From positions 4,059,751 through 4,123,750 of the forward strand of contig OZ037773.1 in the NCBI GenBank assembly GCA_964035545.1: a stretch of 64,000 bases of DNA, given 5' to 3'. Every line of letters begins with the position of its first letter. Position 1 is the stretch's first letter. The notes beneath the pieces are model-generated. The model saw only the letters and a program-made list of their open reading frames with translations, had not been told where the DNA came from and made no database searches. This document shows positions 60,917 to 64,000 of this stretch, in pieces. The position numbers were made by a program, and so were the translations under genes. This DNA comes from Bugula neritina. Its lineage: Eukaryota > Animalia > Bryozoa.

Positions 60917-63119
60917 ATGTCTCAGGTAGAAAACAAGCAACCCAAAATCTATTTTTGTGGAAGTATGCGAGCTGGTAGAGGAGATGCAGATCTTTATAAC
61001 AAAATAATACAAAAAATTGATAGTTGCGGTGCAGAAGTTTTGACGGAGTTTGTTGGGTGGAATGCTAGCAAAATGGCAGGTTAGCTTTGATTATTGTTTC
61101 AGTAATAGTTTGTTTACAATAAAACTTTGTTAATTTAGTTTACTTGGTTGTAATATGCTTATAGAGATTCAGATTTGATTAAGCGGGTTTATTCAAACTA
61201 AATATTAAAATAAAATTATATCAATTCAAATTCATGATCATTATCATTGTGATTATGAACATCACCATAGTGATAATGGCTAATAATAATTCTATTGCCA
61301 ATCGGTAAGACAAAATATAACTGTAAGTATAAGAGCAATAGTAATACTAATACTGATAGTAAAACTAAATGAGTAAAACTAAATGTAATATTAAGTTTAA
61401 TAGTAATAGTAATACTAATTGTAATAGTAATACTAATACTAAACTTGTCTAATAGAATTACTATTAGATATGCTATTACTATTACTATTAGTATTACCTA
61501 TTGCCTATGGTAAAGTTATGCTTATACTTGTAGTAATACTTATAGTAATTATACTAAGATTAATACTAAATGGTAAATATCAATGCCAATGAGATAATTA
61601 TTATTATAATACTAGTACTTAGTACTTAAAGTTAATAGAAAATAGTCATACTAATAGCAATAGTCATATTGTCAAAGTGTTACTTCATGTTCAACTAACA
61701 ATGATAATAGTTATAGTGTTAGTATTACTAGTAATTGTTGCTATTACTATCACTATAAGTATAAGTATTGCTATGTCTATAAGTATAAAATTAAGTATAT
61801 AACTATAATATAATAAATTTTATATAAGCAAGTTTAAGTCTAACACTTGAACTATCATTTTGAATTTGAAATAAAAATTGAAGTCAACTTCAAGAGTCTC
61901 CTGGGTTCATGTGTTTTGACCTAAGAAATTAACAGTGACTGCTAAGAACTTCTGTTATGTCTATTTGTACTTTTTACATGTTGTGAAATAGTAATTCAAA
62001 TTGGTGCATACCATAATGTACTCAGTACTGATTGCTTGCAATGAAATATGATGCCTTAGAGCAAAACAAGCACCGTGGGCTGCAGGATGACAAAGATATT
62101 CATGACCAAGACGTGCGTTTGTTGCAGCAAGCTGATGGTATGTTATTTAGAAATATTGAAGATTCAAATAAAGAATGAGAGATAGTAATGCATTTTTCTC
62201 AGTGCTATTTTTTGCATCAAATTGCTAATTGGTAAATTCAATTATTTCAAATACATGTGTTTTATACAACATAGCTGATTCTTGTATATTGACTTTTCAA
62301 ATTTCTTCACTTATGTAGACAGTGAAGTAGTTCTATTTATTCATTTTAGCAATTGTTGCGGAAGTTACCCAACCTTCCCTCGGTGTGGGATATGAGCTAG
62401 GAAGAGCTCAAGCTATGGGAAAGAAAATATTGTGTCTGTATAGGCCACAACCTGAGAAACGTAATGTATTTTCTTGTCTTTCTTGTTAGAGTACTGGCAT
62501 TGCTTCGCAATGGCATTATAATCACGGTCATGTTGAATTTACTTTTGTGAAACGAATTCGGATTTATTAAAGTATGAGATTTTGCACTAGAAAATGCAAT
62601 GTTTTAATGTGTCCTGAAGCATGATATATATTATATAACTCCCAATTAACAATTAATAGAACGTTTCTTGCTGTAACCTTTTTGGAGTTTGAGAATGTTC
62701 TTACACTCGTGTGATTTTATCAAAATTCTACAATTACTTGGCCAATCCAGCCTCTGTTACCTTTGTGCTTATAAAATCACAATGCATCTTTATGGGAGAC
62801 AAGTGAATTTAGTGATGCTGTAATCAAATTGTATTGTATTGCATTTATTTAAATTGGAGTTTGTTGGGTTTTGGATCTCCATAGAATATAGTGTACATGA
62901 TTTATATTATGAAGCAATTTATCATGTTTTTATTAATTATTATTACAACACCATATTGCAAACATATTTACTATATAGCCTATTACTTTTCTTTATCATG
63001 TTTTAGAATTGTCAGCTATGATTAGAGGGGCAGAGGATGGTGATAACTTTGTGGTTAAAGATTATGCAGTGAACGAAATTGATGACATAATAACAGATTT
63101 TGTGTCTTCCCAGAAGTGA
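60917..63119 (+). CDS. DNPH1: 2'-deoxynucleoside 5'-phosphate N-hydrolase 1 (RCL)
   Basis: Exons 60917-61079 (IYFCGSMRAGR..VLTEFV), 62060-62137 (DKDIHDQD..QQAD), 62350-62460 (IVAEVTQPSLGVGYELGRA..KILCLYRP) and 63007-63119 (LSAMIRGA..DY, TGA). Confidence 0.95.
61230..61850. repeat. Promoter-proximal degenerate hexamer tract in DNPH1 intron 1
   Basis: tagtaatagtaatactaattgtaatagtaatactaatact; attactattactattagtatt; actataagtataagtatt. Confidence 0.8.
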
Positions 63120-63511
63120 AGTAAATTTAAAATACAGTTTGGATTTATAAATTTTATACTTCTAAAATATATTTTTATTATGTTATATTTCGCATACTCC
63201 ATTCTTCTACTTTAACATGCAACTTTGTTCAACAAAGGCAACACAGCTCAGTAAAGTTGTTTGTATACAATAAAAACAAGATAAATATGTATGTATAGGT
63301 ATGATTGACGATATTAAATTATTAAAAAGACAGACTGTCATAACATGTAGTGAGGACAGCCTTCGACTTATTATCGTATTGAATAAAGCCCACGCATTTG
63401 TGTACATGCTGTTACAACACAATTCTATATTGAATTGGTACTAAGTTGCTGGAGGGCAGTCTATTGCCATCCATAGCCTAAGTTATTTAAACACATCTTG
63501 AAGTTAGTAGT

Positions 63512-63987
<476 letters not shown>

Positions 63988-64000
63988 TTAAGAATAAAGA

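Overview
Gene-dense, AT-rich, intron-containing animal (invertebrate) genomic DNA. A compact lophotrochozoan-type genome is plausible, but the species cannot be determined from the window. I assembled ten spliced genes by hand from GT-AG boundaries and reading-frame phase. In order: the 3' end of an SLC25A29/45/48-type mitochondrial carrier (+); a three-PLAT-domain LOXHD1-like gene (-); PMVK (+); an unrecognised single-pass membrane protein (-); a 12-exon, ~857-aa secreted protein (-); BBOF1/CCDC176 (-); MEA1 (+); HMBS (-); DNPH1 (+); and the 3' end of MORN5 (-). Non-coding features include tRNA-headed SINE copies, two PIF/Harbinger-like MITEs with shared termini, and many intronic mini/microsatellites. 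Best leads: (1) the secreted protein, which fuses a degenerate bacterial-type beta-propeller-like domain to ten ShKT domains; (2) hexamer-periodic tracts (AGT/ACT-AAT/ATC/ATG) that flank all three divergent promoters; (3) an HMBS with extra exons carrying a KRKRR motif and three Cys-Pro (heme-regulatory-like) motifs; (4) intronic minisatellites that abut splice sites, some carrying donor-like motifs. All family assignments come from motif recognition, not from database searches.
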